Shown: positions 13,123-26,700, counted from the stretch's first letter. The stretch is 64,000 nucleotides of DNA from Vicugna vicugna (GCA_013265495.1 MU058213.1:2976001-3040000); one strand, 5' to 3'. Program-made: numbers and translations. The notes: a model not told the origin generated them from the letters alone.

Positions 13123-14304
13123 TTCAACAAATGGTATTGGCAAAAGTGTGTATCCACATACAAATGAATAAAGTTGGACCCTTACCTTATATCATATACA
13201 AAGATTAACTCAAAATGGGTGAAAGGCCTAAACATAAGTGCTAAAATTTTAAACTCTTAGAAGAAATCATAGGGCAAAAACTTCATGACATTGAATTTGG
13301 TAATGATTTCTTGGATATGGCACTAAAAACACAGGCAACCAATGTAAAAATAAACTGTACTACATCAAAATTTAAAATTTCTATGTTTCAAGGACACAAA
13401 CAACAGAGTAAAAAAAAGCAATCTATAAAATGATAGAAAATATTGGCAAATCATATATCTGACAAGGGATTACTATTCAGAATATACAGAGAACTCCTAC
13501 AATTCAACACCAAAAAGTTGTACAGATATTTCTCCAAAGATGATACACAAATGACCAACAAGCACCTGAAAAGATGTTCAACATCACTAATCATTAGGGA
13601 AATGAAGATCAAAACCACAAGGATGGCTACTATAGAAAGAAGGAAGGAAGGAAAGAAAGAGAGAGAGAAAAAGTAGTAAGTGTTGGTGAGGATGTGGCCA
13701 AATTGGAACCCTGTACAATGCTGGTGAGAATGTAAAAGGGTTGAGCTGCTATGGAAAACAGTATGACAGATCCTAAAAAAAAAAAAAAAAAAATTTGAAA
13801 CTAGAATTACCATATGATCCATCAATTCCACCTCTGAGTCTTGAAGAGATATTTGTACACCCATGTTCAAAGCAGCATTATGTATAAAAGCCATGTGCAT
13901 CAAAAGATGAACGGATAAACAAAATGTGATATATACATACAATGGAGTATTTTCAGCCTTAAGAAAGGAAATTCTCACACATGCTATGACATGGATGAAA
14001 CTTGAGGACATTGTACTAAGTGAAATAAGCTAGTCACAAAGAGAAAATACTGTAAAAGATGAGGTATCTTGAGTAGTCAAATTCATAAAGGCAGAAAGTA
14101 GAGTGGCGGTTTCCAGGCGGTAGAGGGGAAAGGGAAGATGCATGTTACTATTTAACGAGTATAGACATTGCGTTTTACAAGATGAAAGGAGTTCTGGAGA
14201 TGGGTTTCCCAACCATGTGAGTGTACTTATCACTGCTGAATTGCACACTTATAAATGGTGAAGGTGGTAACTTTTATGTTATGTGTATTTTACCACATTT
14301 TAAA
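13123..14304 (+). mobile_element. L1 3' part (L1MB-like)
   Basis: ORF2 C-terminal remnant ANHISDKGL...[12 protein letters not shown]; terminus ttttatgttatgtgtattttaccacattttaaaa. Confidence 0.9.
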
Positions 14305-14309
14305 ATGTT

Positions 14310-14740
14310 AATGTTTCAATCATTTGGTGCTGTAAACATTTACGTATAGGTGTTTTTTGTGGACATAAGTAGAAAATTTCTTTGGAATTAAATGTCCAAG
14401 AGTACAAAGGCTGGGTCATATGGTAGTTGCATGTTTAGTTTTTAAATAAACTGCCAAATTGTTTTCCAGAGTAACTGGACCATTTTACATTCACACAGCA
14501 ATGAATGATCTAGTTTCTCTGCATCTTCCCCAGCATTTTGGTATTATCACTTTTTTCTATTTTTGGCCATCTGATAGGTATACAGTGATATCTCATGATG
14601 GTTATAATTTGCATTTCCCTAGTGGCTAATGATGTTAAGCATCTTCTCACCTGCTTATGTACCATCTGTATATCCTCTCTGATGAAATGTCTCTTTCTGC
14701 CTTTCACCCATTTTCCAACTGGATTTGTTTTTTACTACTT
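14310..14740 (-). mobile_element. old L1 ORF2 C-terminal fragment
   Basis: ORF 14510..14707 RHFIREDIQM..RCLTSLATREMQI. Confidence 0.85.
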
Positions 14741-17174
14741 ACCTTACAAACTGTAAAATATGGAAGGATCACAGAAACAGAGTGTCTTCCTATGGAAAAA
14801 AAAAACACATGAGCACAAATAAAAATTTAAGTAAACAGTATGTGGTTTAACAAATAAAAAAATAAAAATAACATCCTGCAGCAGTTTCTCAACAGTGACA
14901 TATAACTAATACCCGTGGTGATAAACACATCTCTACCCCACTGAGTCACTTTGAAATGGATCCAGCAGGCTGGCTGTCATCCATGGTGTGACAGTCTTCA
15001 GTCCCCACGCTCTGCAGGAATTGGTTCACTGTTAAGCCCAGAGTCAATCTCCACTGATCCTGGAATCTACCACGTGCTTCAGTCAGGCGTGAGGCTCAGG
15101 TAAGCCAGCCAACTTCATGTAAAGAGGTTTGTTTCTCCAGACTCCCTCCTCCCTTCCCCAAGTTTACCTGCAGAACAACAGTAACTGCAGTCACAATAAT
15201 AACTACCAGCATTAGCATTGTTTTTTAGTTTACAAAGGGTTTCAAAATCAACTTCACCCTCTGTCGTCTTATCTGAGTAAAATTAAAATGTAATTGCAGT
15301 AAATAAAATTAACTGATACTCTGTGATTCTCAGGAATGCTGCACATCCAGAAAATTATTGTTAAACCTACATTTATTCTGATGAATCAACAAAATTCTTT
15401 GGAAACAACTTCAAACCCATCCCCATCAAAGGTAGGTGAGCAGTGTTTAAAGAAACACAGAGTTTAGTTTCTCCAAAGAAGTATTAGAGAAACAAAATCA
15501 CTTTTTTAGTTGATCTCCCCAACTAGGCTAAGAGCTAAAATCAGACTAAAGACTAAAAACATCTTCCTTTTCTGTGAGCAGTAGCCCTTATTTTTTTTTT
15601 ACCAAAGCTTTATAAATTCTTTTTGAGTTACATCTTGAATGGACATCTCACATTTCAGCTGAAGAAATAAATTCAACTTGTCTTCACATATTGCTATACT
15701 GAGTCCAGAAACTATTGAACCAGATGCGCAAAATGAATTTCCATCACTGGGATTTTTTGTTTCCCCAACAGTTTTTCCACTGAACAGCTAGTGTCTATGT
15801 CCTTCCTAGATTCCGACTGTATACTAGACTCTCTCTTCTTGCTTAAACAACAAACTTCTTCAGTTCAATCCCTCTTCCTTGGCTTTCTGAAGTTTTTCTT
15901 TCTCTGTGGTTTATTTGCTTTTCATAATCTGCATCTTAACTACCTTTGTAATATTTAAGAGGATCCTTTTGACTCCTTTACTTAATGCCAAATAACAAAG
16001 CAACAAGTAATAACGATTGTCTTTTCAAACAATTAAAAGCATGGAGATTCTTCCGGGTTATCATGCCTAATAATTTTATAAAGAAACCTGGAACATTTCT
16101 TCAGTACCTTCATTCATCTATTGGCTTTAAAGAACTGGGGATACAATGATGAATCAGAAAAGATCTCTGCCCTCAAGAAGCCCGTATTTGAGGGATAAAT
16201 GTATAAACTAGCAATTGCAGGACAATGTGTTCATTGCCATAAAAGCTGTGGGCAAGGTACCTTGAAATTCTGAGTAGGAAACTAAATAATTTAGAACATG
16301 ATAAGGATGTGAATTTAGAAAATAAGGAAGGTAAACATAAAGTAAGCAACAAGCTCTAGAGATTGATACACGCAGAAAACTTCTATTGAGTTCCCACCAG
16401 CTGCAAGACTTTATCCCAGGCACGTAGGTAGAGAAGGTCCATTCACCCACGTATCTGGTGCTCTACTCGGGAAGACAGATGATTGCCAACTACAATTTTT
16501 AAAACGTCAGACAGCAATAAGTACTATAATAAAAATGAAACAAGGCAAGGAGTGAACTGGGGACTCTTTTAGGCTGGGTGGTCAGGAGGAGTCTACTTCA
16601 CGTCAAAGGATGGGATTTGAGTGCCTAGATCTGGTCCTTTGGCAAGTTCATCATTTTGACACTGCTTCCTAGAGGCTGTCTCACAAAGACATTTTGGAAA
16701 AGACTTGATTAGCCTGTTTCAAACTCTTTGCTATGAAAAACCAGATAATAGTGCAAAGTCATGTAGAGGCAAGAGCTGAGTCACAGGGGTAAAAACAACA
16801 GAAAAACCATAATGGAGAATATGCCTAGTAATTCTTAGGAGAAAACAGGGAACAGTTTTGGAAGAAGGAACACATTTCTCAACCAGTAAAGAGGCAATTA
16901 TGGATGCAAGTTCCTTGTGCATGCTTCCAGAGGTGTCCTATGCATGTACCAGGATGCCTGTGAATACCTTCTTTGGGGGAGAAGAGGGAGATGGAGGAGA
17001 ACAGATCTTAATTCGATACAGAAACCGTTCTGTGCTCATTGTTTCAGATTTAAAGTATCTTAGACAAAATTCTATACCCGTACATTAAAATTTCTTTCTT
17101 AAAGGCTACATGTTGTTCCAGTGTTTATTTAATCATTAATGATATACTATAAATGGTGGACATTGAGGTCATAT

Positions 17175-17580
17175 GAGGAATTGGCTACTTGTTCCCCAAA
17201 CTCAAGTCGTTCTCCTGTGCACACAGCTGTGCCTCATTTCCCCAGCTTCCCTCACACTCAAGTGTGACCATGTATCTGTGTTCTAGCCAATATAACAGGA
17301 ATAGCAGTGATACGTCCCACTTCCAGGCCTGACCCATGAACACTTGGTCCGCCATGCTCTTGCCCCTTCAGATACTTGTTTCAGATGAGCAAGATTAGGA
17401 GGCTAATGCTGAAGGTGGTGGAACTACAAACTAGAAAGATCCAGAGTTTCTGAATCAATATTTAAAGGCAAACCATCAATCAATCAGGGACATCCATTTT
17501 GGACTTCACATAAGTGAGAAATAAACTTCAAATGTGTTTGGACTAGTTGGGGATTTGTTAGTTACAGTAAGTGGTGCTAC
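17175..17580 (+). mobile_element. old MaLR LTR (MLT1 I/J/K-like)
   Basis: catttccccagcttccct...gtgtgaccatgt...ttctagccaat...ccacttccaggcctg...gagaaataaacttc. Confidence 0.7.
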
Positions 17581-17617
17581 TTTTTCTGTATAAGGTGGTT
17601 CCCATTCCTACTGCAAA

Positions 17618-18210
17618 TGACAGAGTAGAATTTGACCTGAGCCCTGTGCTCCTAGAATCCAGGATGATTTAAGAAACCTCCCCACTCTTTTGTGGTCTAG
17701 AAAAGGGTTTACTGCAAAGAAACATGCCTGAAGTAAGACTCAAGGATGCTCCGTTGTTTAATCTATAACAAGGTCAAACACAGACCCTTTAAATTTCCAT
17801 CCTTTGCCTCACAAATGATTAGCTGAGCTGATTTGTCCTCACTGATCAATCGAAACAAAACGCTTGTTAACCAAACTGTGGTTAAGTTTCTCTCCTCACC
17901 CTAGGCCCACTCTGAGCCAGAGCCAGCATAAACCCTTCCTGAACTGCCCCTCCCAACCACAAGCTGACCTCAGCGTAAAACAGTCTGATCCACCGTCTGA
18001 TCACACTACCCTTGCTTCACTTGCTTCACCCTTAATTCCACTTCCCCACACCCAGTTCTCTCTAGCCTTGCCTACTCCTCCCTATGAAGGAAAACACAGC
18101 ATGCCTGACCCTGGGGAAACTTGCAGATCTTATAGATACAGTATCTGCCTATTGCAATAGACCTCTCCCCTTCTTGCAGTAAGTCTCTCTGCCTAGGTCT
18201 GAATTTGCTT
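17618..18210 (+). mobile_element. ERV1-class LTR (MER67/MER31/MER89 group-like)
   Basis: TG start tgacagagtagaatttgacctgagccctgtgctcc...actgcaaagaa...gttaaccaaact; 3' end degraded. Confidence 0.7.
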
Positions 18211-18564
18211 GGGGGCTTTTAAATAGAGTTTATAGGACCACTTTTAGATCTTTAGGTATGTGCGTATATACAGGTGTACACGTGTGTGTAGCTGTATCTA
18301 TATCTGGATCTGAGAATTGCTGGATCACAGAGAATTCATATTTTTAGGAATTTGATAGATATTAACAATTTGCTTTCAAAAGGGTTGTATTATTCTCTAT
18401 AATGCATTTCACTACATCCTTGTCAGCCCTGTATATTTTCAACAGGTTTGATCTTCGCCAGTATGACAGATAGATGAAAAATAGTCTGATAGATTTGGGC
18501 TACTTCATTTCTTACAAGTTAGAAGAAGCAATTGGAGGAGTGTTACTATTGATTTGATTCTGAT

Positions 18565-18894
18565 TGTAGTAGAGAATAACCTTTGTTTTGTTGGAGGTTT
18601 ACAGGGACACCATGACCTAGCCCTCGGGGCTGGCTGCAAGAACAAAGAATGCCTGCAGCAAGATTACAGCAATCTACCACACCCCCTCCCTTATTTTTCC
18701 TCCCCATCCCCTATTTTTTGTATAAAAGGAGCCTGCATTCTGACGAGAGCAGGATGGTTCTCCAAGACATTAGCCTGTCATCCTCTTAGTCTGCCGGCTT
18801 TCCAAATAAAGTCGCTATTCCTCGCCCTAGCACCTCGTCTCCGGATTTATTGGCCTGTTGTGTGGCAAGCAGAACAAGTTTGGACTAGGCAACA
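18565..18894 (+). mobile_element. intact ERV1-class solo LTR (330 bp)
   Basis: TG...CA termini, perfect 4-bp TSD tgat/tgat, TATAAAA at 18721, AATAAA at ~18805. Confidence 0.9.
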
Positions 18895-19286
18895 TGATCA
18901 ACAGGGAAAAACTGGTTAAAATTGACAGAAATAATGTGAGAAAATAACCCTCTAATCTTGGGATTTATGATAATAAAGAAATGAAACATTAGGTACATGC
19001 CTCAAGTTTAGGAAACAAATGTTGAAAGCATTCAGAGAAAAACCATGGATGTCCTACAACAAACTCTAAAATGAAGGGGTGGTGAAAGGCTTCCATTTCA
19101 TACTCTAAAGCCAATCGTTGGTATTGGCTGCCTCGGAGCCCAGTAATGAGGCAGACTACGAGGGAGTATGCAGCTCAGTGATTCAAAAAAAAGACCAACT
19201 AGCGATGTCTGCAGTGACTACCATGTGGAAGCCTGGTAGTCCATATACCACATCTCGTCCATCCTGGACTAAAAACAGCCACTGCC

Positions 19287-19751
19287 TTTTTTTTTTAACT
19301 TTTTTTATTGATTTACAATCATTTTACAATGTTGTGTCAAATTCCAGTGTTCAGCACAATTTTTCAGTCATTCATGGACATATACACACTCATTGTCACA
19401 TTTTTTTCTCTGTGAGTTATCTTAACATTTTGTGTATATTTCCCTGTGCTATACAGTGTAATCTTGTTTATCTATTCTACAATTTTTAAATCCCAGTCTA
19501 TCCCTTCCCACCCTCCATCCCCCTGGTAACCACAAGTCTGTATTCTCTGTCTGTGAGTCTATTTCTGTTCTGTATTTACGCTTTGTTTTTGTTTGTTTGT
19601 TTGTTTTTGTTTTTTAGATTCCACATATGAGCGATCTCATATGGTATGGTATTTTTCCTTTCTGGCTTACTTCACTTAGAATGACATTCTCCAGGAGCAT
19701 CCATGTTGCTGCAAATGGCATTATGTTGTCGGTTTTTATGGCTGAGTAGTA
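19287..19751 (-). mobile_element. young lineage-specific L1 3' end, 5'-truncated
   Basis: T-tail; ORF2 C-terminus IMPFAATWMLLENVILSEVSQK; TSD cactgcc(a)tttt. Confidence 0.95.
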
Positions 19752-19891
19752 CACTGCCATTTTTAAATACAAAGCAATACTCGAGAAAGTAAAAATCTTA
19801 CTAATTGGTTGTGAAGTAGAAACAGATAATTCAGTGCATCTGCACTTGCGTTCAGGTTTTGGGCTTGTCCTTCTTCTTGTAACATCTATAA

Positions 19892-20098
19892 CAGTGGTTT
19901 TCAACAGGGAGCAATTTCGCTCCCCAGGAGACATTTGACAATGTTCTGGAGACAAATTTGGTTGTCACAGGTGTTGCTACTGACACCTATTGTATAAAGG
20001 CCATAGATACTGATAAACATCCTGTAATGCATAGGACAGAGGCTACAACAAAGAATTATTCAACCAAATGTCAACCGTATCAGTGTGGAGAAACCCTC
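19892..20098 (+). mobile_element. MER20 hAT-Charlie DNA transposon
   Basis: cagtggttttcaac...gagaaaccct termini; perfect 8-bp TSD atctataa. Confidence 0.92.
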
Positions 20099-20719
20099 AT
20101 CTATAAAAGGAGAAAGAGGTACTTAATTAGAGAGTAAGTTAGAGCCACACACCTGGATAAATAGTGTCGGCAAAACTGGCAAAGAATCAGATGAGGCTTG
20201 TGAACAGTGCTTTTTTAAAAAAGTTTGTTGGGTTTTGTTTTGCTTGGGGTTTCTTTTCCTTAGTGCTGATGAGAAACTAAGTAAGAATGGAGCAGAATTG
20301 CTAATTAGGGACGATGATTCAAAATGGAGAGAGCCGTACAAGTGAATTCTTGTCTTGCAAACCATGTCACCAGGGAGAATGATTTCCAAACCAGAAAGAA
20401 CAAAACAAATACTGAGTGGGAACAAGTGAAGCCCAACATTAAAGAGAAGTAACACTCTGCCCAACTATTTAAATGAATCCAACTGCTCAAATCTAGATCA
20501 GTTACCTTCAGGGCATTTAAAGTGCTTATATCATCAATGATTTGAGAAGTCATTAAGAATGAAAAAGTTTCCTGAAACTGAAACAGAGGAAATGTTGTAA
20601 TAGTTTTCCACAACAGGGACAAGAGGACAGAAAGGTTTTAATTTCCAGGAATTATAGACCATCAAATCTGATGTCATTGTTCAGCAAATATTCATTTAGA
20701 AATTAAATTCTGCATTAAA

Positions 20720-20900
20720 GGGACAAATTGGGAGTTTGAGATTTGCAGATACTAACATACATAAAATAGATAAACACCAGTTTATACTGTATAGCACAGG
20801 GAACCATATTCAATATCTTGTAGTAACGTACTGTAAAAAAGAATATGAAAATGAATATACGCATGCTCCTATTAAAAAAAAATGAGCAGACCTTAAAAAA
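20720..20900 (+). mobile_element. short L1 3'UTR insertion with atypical end
   Basis: Matches the L1 3'UTR at ~56943-57090; TSD aaattctgcattaaa/aaagactgcattaga. Confidence 0.85.
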
Positions 20901-21149
20901 AAAGACTGCATTAGACACCATGAACTGCTCATTTGTTCATTCTTGCATTGATTCATTTACTTAGCAAATGTTTTTTTTTAATGCCTACAAAACACAACGC
21001 AGTACTCTAGGTGCCATATTACGGCAAATCACTATTATTTCTTCTGTTACACAGCCCACAGTTGATCAGCTGCCTTAAGTCCTTTTGGAATATGCTCAGG
21101 AACAAATAAACAAACCAGTCAATACTGGCAGATAAACAGAACCATTGTC

Positions 21150-21890
21150 ATCTAACTTCATCCTGATTTCAGCAAGGCATTTGACAATCTCTCAATATAT
21201 CTCCATCTTAAGAAGGAGAAATATGGGTAAATGAGTTAAGGGAGATTCACGGCTGGTTGATGCTACGGAGCAGTGCCAAACTAGAACAATGGTTTCCAGG
21301 ACAGCTGCTCATCAAAATCACAAACCTAGGAAGTGCATTAAAGATGCAAGACTCATGATTTTTACCCCACATATATGAAAATAAAATGTCCAAAATGGGG
21401 CTCAGGAATTACTCATTTTTAAGTTTCCCAGATATCACTGATACAGCTTGTACAAAGATCTGCATTCAGGAAACAGTGATCCGAAGTGAGGGTTAAGTGG
21501 TACGCCCCAGGGCTCAGTTAGTTTATTGGAAGCAGGATGATGACTCAGAAATCAAAACTTTTATATCTGCCAATGGCACCAAGTTGACAGTTATCTATAT
21601 ACTGGAAAGCAAAATCTGGGTTCAGAAGGATGGATCATGGAAAAATAGGGAATAACAGACAAGGCGGAATTTAAACAGCTAAATTTAGGATTCTACATCT
21701 TGGATCTAAAAAAAGTAAGTTGAAAAATAAAGGGAACATGTGACTTGAAGTAAGTAATGGGGGGAAACTAACCCCACAGAGTTCAGGGAACCACTAGCTC
21801 TGTTTAAGCCAACAGTGGGACGTGAATGAATGCTAAAAGCCAGTGGAGTATCTGGTTGCATTTATAGCCATCCTTGCTTCTTGCCAAAGA
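21150..21890 (+). mobile_element. L3/CR1 LINE RT fragment, interrupted by MER5
   Basis: gatttcagcaaggcatttgac = DFSKAFD; ggtacgccccagggctca = GTPQGS; tctgccaatggcaccaagttg = SANGTKL, a degenerate FADDTKL. Confidence 0.8.
21287..21478. mobile_element. MER5-like hAT MITE
   Basis: caatggttt...aaacagtg termini; catcaaaatcac...ggggctcaggaat...catttttaag. Confidence 0.7.
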
Positions 21891-21949
21891 GAGATAATAG
21901 TCACGTTGTTGATTTCTGCTCAGGCTTCATGGGGAGTGTGAAGGGAAAG

Positions 21950-22131
21950 CAAGGTTTCCCAGCTTCAGCACCACTGACGTTTTGGGAGGAATACTTCCGT
22001 GTTGTAGGGGGCTGACTCGAGCAGTCACTAGACGTCCCCAATATCTGCTCCCAGTCATGACAGCCAGAAATGCCTGCAGACTTGCCAACTGTCCCCTGGG
22101 GAGCAGAACTGCCCCCAGTTGAGAACCACTG
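21950..22131 (-). mobile_element. MER20 DNA transposon (internally shortened)
   Basis: caaggtttcccagc...tgtcccctgggg...ccagttgagaaccactg. Confidence 0.85.
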
Positions 22132-22171
22132 AGTTAGAGGTGCTCAGCATACAGCTGCCCTCACTTTGAAG

Positions 22172-22418
22172 GGGTACTTTGGTGTAGTGGCTTAGAGCTT
22201 GGAGTAAAGAACTTAAATTCACTCCTGACTTCCCTCAGTTAGCTGCGTGACCTCAGGCAAGTTGCTTAACTCCTTTGTTTGTTGATCTCCTCATCCATAA
22301 AATAGGGATAAAAAATACCAGAAGAATTTAGCTCATTTGGGTTGTTATAAGGAGTTAATGAATTAGCATATGTGCAGGCACAGGGTTGATGTTATACAGA
22401 CATTAGCTACTATTATTA
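22172..22418 (+). mobile_element. MIR SINE, near full length
   Basis: ggtgtagtgg A-box-like start, agctgcgtgacctcaggcaagttgcttaac core, ttagctactattatt tail. Confidence 0.85.
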
Positions 22419-24889
22419 ATGGACTTATTCAGTCCACCAGCTTCCCTGTGGGAGCCTCAGAACACATCCGCCAGTCCTCCCTTTCTGTTTCCCAACCCTC
22501 ATCCTCTCCAGACCAGCACACTGCAGTCCCTCCTAAGAATCCCACCTGCCAGCCCGAAGAGCAAAGGAAGGAGAGAGGAGCAGACAGGAAAGGAAAAAAG
22601 GGAGAAGGCCGGAAGGAAAATTAACAATGAACGCCAGTCCTCTGCCTCCCTCAGGCCTTGGAAGGAGAGGTTTCGGATTAGGATAAGGGGCACATTTCAA
22701 AACAAAAATTAAACCGTCACATTGAACTTTAGAACACCTTCATGTAAATTAATAGGTGCAGCACAACCTGGAAAGAGATGTCAAAATCAGAAGGAAGCAG
22801 CCAGAAACCCTGGCTGAGGTCTTGAGTCGACTTTGGCTGCGAACCAGTTTTTGCCATGGGATGGTTCCCCTGCTGCCTGAGCTCGGCATGGGGTCTAGCA
22901 CACAACAGGCATTCAAAACACACTTGATGGATGGATGGATGAATGAATGAATGAATGGTCTGTGAGAATGATCTCACAGCTACTCCCTTGAAAGAATGGG
23001 GTCGGAGATGACATGTTCATAGATCTGGCCATCAATATCAATTAAGGGGGCAGTCTAGGACTTCTTTCCCTTCGATCCCCAATCAAATCTCTACATAATT
23101 TTTGCAAGAGTTTCAATAGGTAGAAAAATAGAGGACCTGTTCATGAAGCCAGTTTAGTTCTACAATTACTCATCAGCCTTTGGGGAGTGATGTAGGCTTT
23201 TCTGGCCAATTCTTACAAATCACGGATATAACCCCAGACAATCTTTTCCTCTGAATTTTTACCTGCCTTCTCTTTCCCTCACATTGTTGCCAATCTAAGT
23301 GAGAAGAAAACTGTGAGGTGGTGAAGTCATCTGTGTTCCTTGGCAGTGAGTGGGAGGGGTAGTGGTCGGGTGGGGAAAGTGGGGGACAGGAAGGCATCAT
23401 GCCACCTTCGATCTCTCGGTGCCGAGTTTCAGGCAGAAATGTCATATGTCGCTAAGTAGTGGGAGAGAGGGGAGTGGTTAGACCAGAAAGTCTCTAGGAG
23501 CGTCCAATGCTAACATTCAGTCAAGCTGAGCCTGGAGGATAACAACATCGTAATAAGACTGAGTATTTCCCTGGACTTGTAACTGGGTCTAGATGCTAGA
23601 CATGCACGTGTGCCCCCGCCTTGCATCCTCCTTCAAGGAAGGACTTGCTGCCCAGCTTGGGGACTGTGACCATCAGGGCAGCTTCCAGCTGTCAGCTCCT
23701 GCAGGGTCTGCTTCAGCTGCAGAGAGCCACCTGGCCCGAGGTCATGCCATTCTGGGGACAGCCTGCTTCCAGTGACTGGGCAAGGAGGAATACAAAGGCA
23801 CAGTCATTTCAGTCTGAAGCAAAACACCCCAACGAACAAGGCTGGATCCATAGCTGCCTGCCCCAGGTTGGTGAAGTCTTTGTTGGGCCTGCGTCACAGA
23901 TCGATTTCTCCCTCTGTCCAAACCTGCCTCCTCCCTTCCCTTCACATCTGTCACCTCAAACTCTGCTGGAAGCATCTGCTTCTGGGGAACCCAACCTATG
24001 ACATTTTAGATTGTGATCCCAAAGGATGAGTTCCTAAGTTGTTTGGAATAAGTAAATGGTCTCCCAAAAGGGCTTTTTGAAGGAAAAAAAAATGCTCACT
24101 GGGAGAGGTAAGTGCTCTTATGTCAGTTTAGGGGGAAAAAACTACTTCAATACTTTATGCCTTTTCATTTTTTAACGAAAGGAAGTGATCACGAGCCTCT
24201 GTGAGGGCAAAGGACAGAATCTGTGGCAGAGTAGCAAAGGTTGTGATTCGGAGACTTCTCAACTTGCCCAGAATTTGGTGTCTTTGTGATGCCAGGAAGC
24301 AATGGTACGTGGTGGGAATAAAGAATAAGAAGAAAATGCAAATCAGTCAATGCGTGCAAATCGAAGATGGATCTGCTTGTATTTTGTCAAGGAACAAGGT
24401 GAAGATGCCATTGCTGATGAGGTGGCAGCTCAAGAAAATGGGAGGCTGTTTCCAAGGCTATATAGCAGAGCCTGGGAGTGATCTTTACCGCCCGTTTTCT
24501 TCAGGAAAATCAGTGATTAGAACAGGACAACCAAACAGAAATTTCTGAATCTGTTTCCCAAAACCCACCAAGTCGTCCTAAATCCCCCCCCAAAACGTTC
24601 TCCTCTGAGAGAACCCCTTACGAATATCATTACCTTAATGACTGTAAATTCTGATCTGTTGCAGTAGAAATAAGGCAGGAATTAAAAAGAACTTTGTATT
24701 GCACATCGGGATAAGCGCCATCTGAAATATACACTTATGTGGTTACTCAGTCATTTGGTTTAAATACACGTTAGAAAATTTTATCAAATATGGAGCTATC
24801 ATTTATAGTTGATTGATATCAATGTTTATGGCTGTTTTTCTAAGATGTTGGTTAGGAAAATAATTTCATTCTAAACCAGAGTTATAATT

Positions 24890-25180
24890 TGTAGCAAGCA
24901 ATGTCAGACCCTCTCCTGCACCTCAGAGAACCACCAGTGTCTCAGAATTTACTTTCCCTAGGAGCAGCCTTCGACCAATTACTGAAAAACAGAGTATAAC
25001 AGTCCAACTCCCTAGCCTGGGAGTGCGAGTAAAGGCTGATTACCTGCCCACTCCCTGGGTTAACTTAACCTCCAGAGTCCCCCCGCAGGATCAGGCAGAA
25101 ACTGCTCCTGCAGCATTCCACCTGAAACTGGGCCCTTAATTATCTCCCATCCCTCCCCTGTCCTTCTTCCCCAACTCCAT
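24890..25180 (+). mobile_element. ERVL LTR16-like fragment
   Basis: TG start; gcagccttcgaccaattactga...ctccagagtcccccgcaggatcaggc. Confidence 0.65.
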
Positions 25181-25184
25181 ATAT

Positions 25185-26700
25185 TTGAGAAAACATGGAT
25201 AATACAAGAAACAACATTAAGAAAAATGCTGTAATATTAAATCTTAATTACAAACACTGATACGAACTCATGACTTTTTAAAACTGTATTTCTATCTCCA
25301 TCCACTGAAAAGGGTCACAAAGGAATCACAGTACATTAGGAATGAAAATATGTAGCCCCTAGACCTTGGCTTCTAATTCTCCACTAGTACATATACTGGG
25401 GTTCTTTGGGAAAATCAGTTGATTTTAGGTCTTGGGCAGGAAATATATTGGGTAAGCCAAGAGCATCTTGCTATGTTAAAAAGCAAGGATGTACTCAAAG
25501 ACTAAGAGTCATGTCAAAAAGACCCAGAGCCAGTTTGAAGGGGCTTCCACCAGCCTTTGAAACAAATGCCAGCATCAAAAAGAATGACTATAATGAAGAC
25601 AACGCATTGAATAAACAAGCATCCATGAAACTCAAGAAAGACAAAAAAAGAAGAGGAAAAAAAGTAAGTTCTTACTTTCTCATAAATGTAAAAATAATCA
25701 TGGAAATAAGAAAATCACCACATTGCTACCCCAACTGTAACAATTGATTTATGCAAGGATCCTCAACAGATTGAGAGAAAAAAATGTTCTGGGTAAAAAG
25801 TCTAAATGAGTGAAAAAATGTCCCATGGTAAAAAATCTCTCCCCATAGATTACTTATAAATTGCAAATCAAAAAAATAGACCTTTACAACAGAGCATAAG
25901 TAATTACTTTAACCAAACAGCCAGCCTTGAGTTTCTAACAACAGGACAAACTAACCTTGAATGTCATCACATGATGCAATAAAAAATATACAATATATGC
26001 GAAATATTCTTCCTAAAACCGTATAACCTAAATCTAATCAAGCCTCCAGATCTAAATTACAATTTACAGACAGTATAGGAAAGAGCAGTACAAGTCAATA
26101 ACACCTTAAAGAAGCAATTAGAAAAGACTAATATTTGGGACATTTCACGTGATAACTGGCCTGAACTCTTTAAAGTCAATGCCACCAAAAGCAAACAAAC
26201 GAACAAACAATAACGGGAAGGGACATGTTTTAGATTAAGAGATCCTAAATATCCCTAACAACCAAATGCAATGTGTGAATCCTGATTACATCTCGATTCA
26301 AAACATACAGCTAAATGACATTCTTCAGACAACTGAAGAAATTGGACTGCATACTAAACGTTGGACAGGATATCAAATATTATAGAACAGAATGTTACAG
26401 AATGGGGACTGGATATAAACATTACAGAATTATTTTTAATTTCGATAACAGTATGATGTATGTGTAGGAGAATGTTCTTATTTTTACAGTGGTGCCTGCT
26501 GATGTATACAGGAGCAATTTATGCTATCTGCATCTCACTTTCAAATGGTTCCACCAAAAATGAGATATAGAAAGGGATAAAATGTGGTAAAATGTTAACA
26601 ATTGTTGAGTAAGGGTGTAGGGTATAGAGATATTAACTGTACTCTTCTTTCAACTTTTCTGGTGATTAAAATTTTTCAAAATAATGGAAAAGAAAAAATA
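25185..26700 (+). mobile_element. old L1 (L1MC/ME-like) long 3'UTR
   Basis: gtcatgtcaaaaagacccagagccagtttgaaggggc...tgtactcttctttcaacttttctg...aatttttcaaaataa. Confidence 0.75.

Noticed and set aside
13451..14011. 186-aa minus-strand ORF
   Set aside because: Antisense shadow of the L1 ORF2 C-terminus and 3'UTR.
15097..24113. Isolated strong plus-strand donors CAG|GTAAGC (15100) and GAG|GTAAGT (24108)
   Set aside because: No convincing paired acceptor or coding frame; expected by chance in 64 kb.
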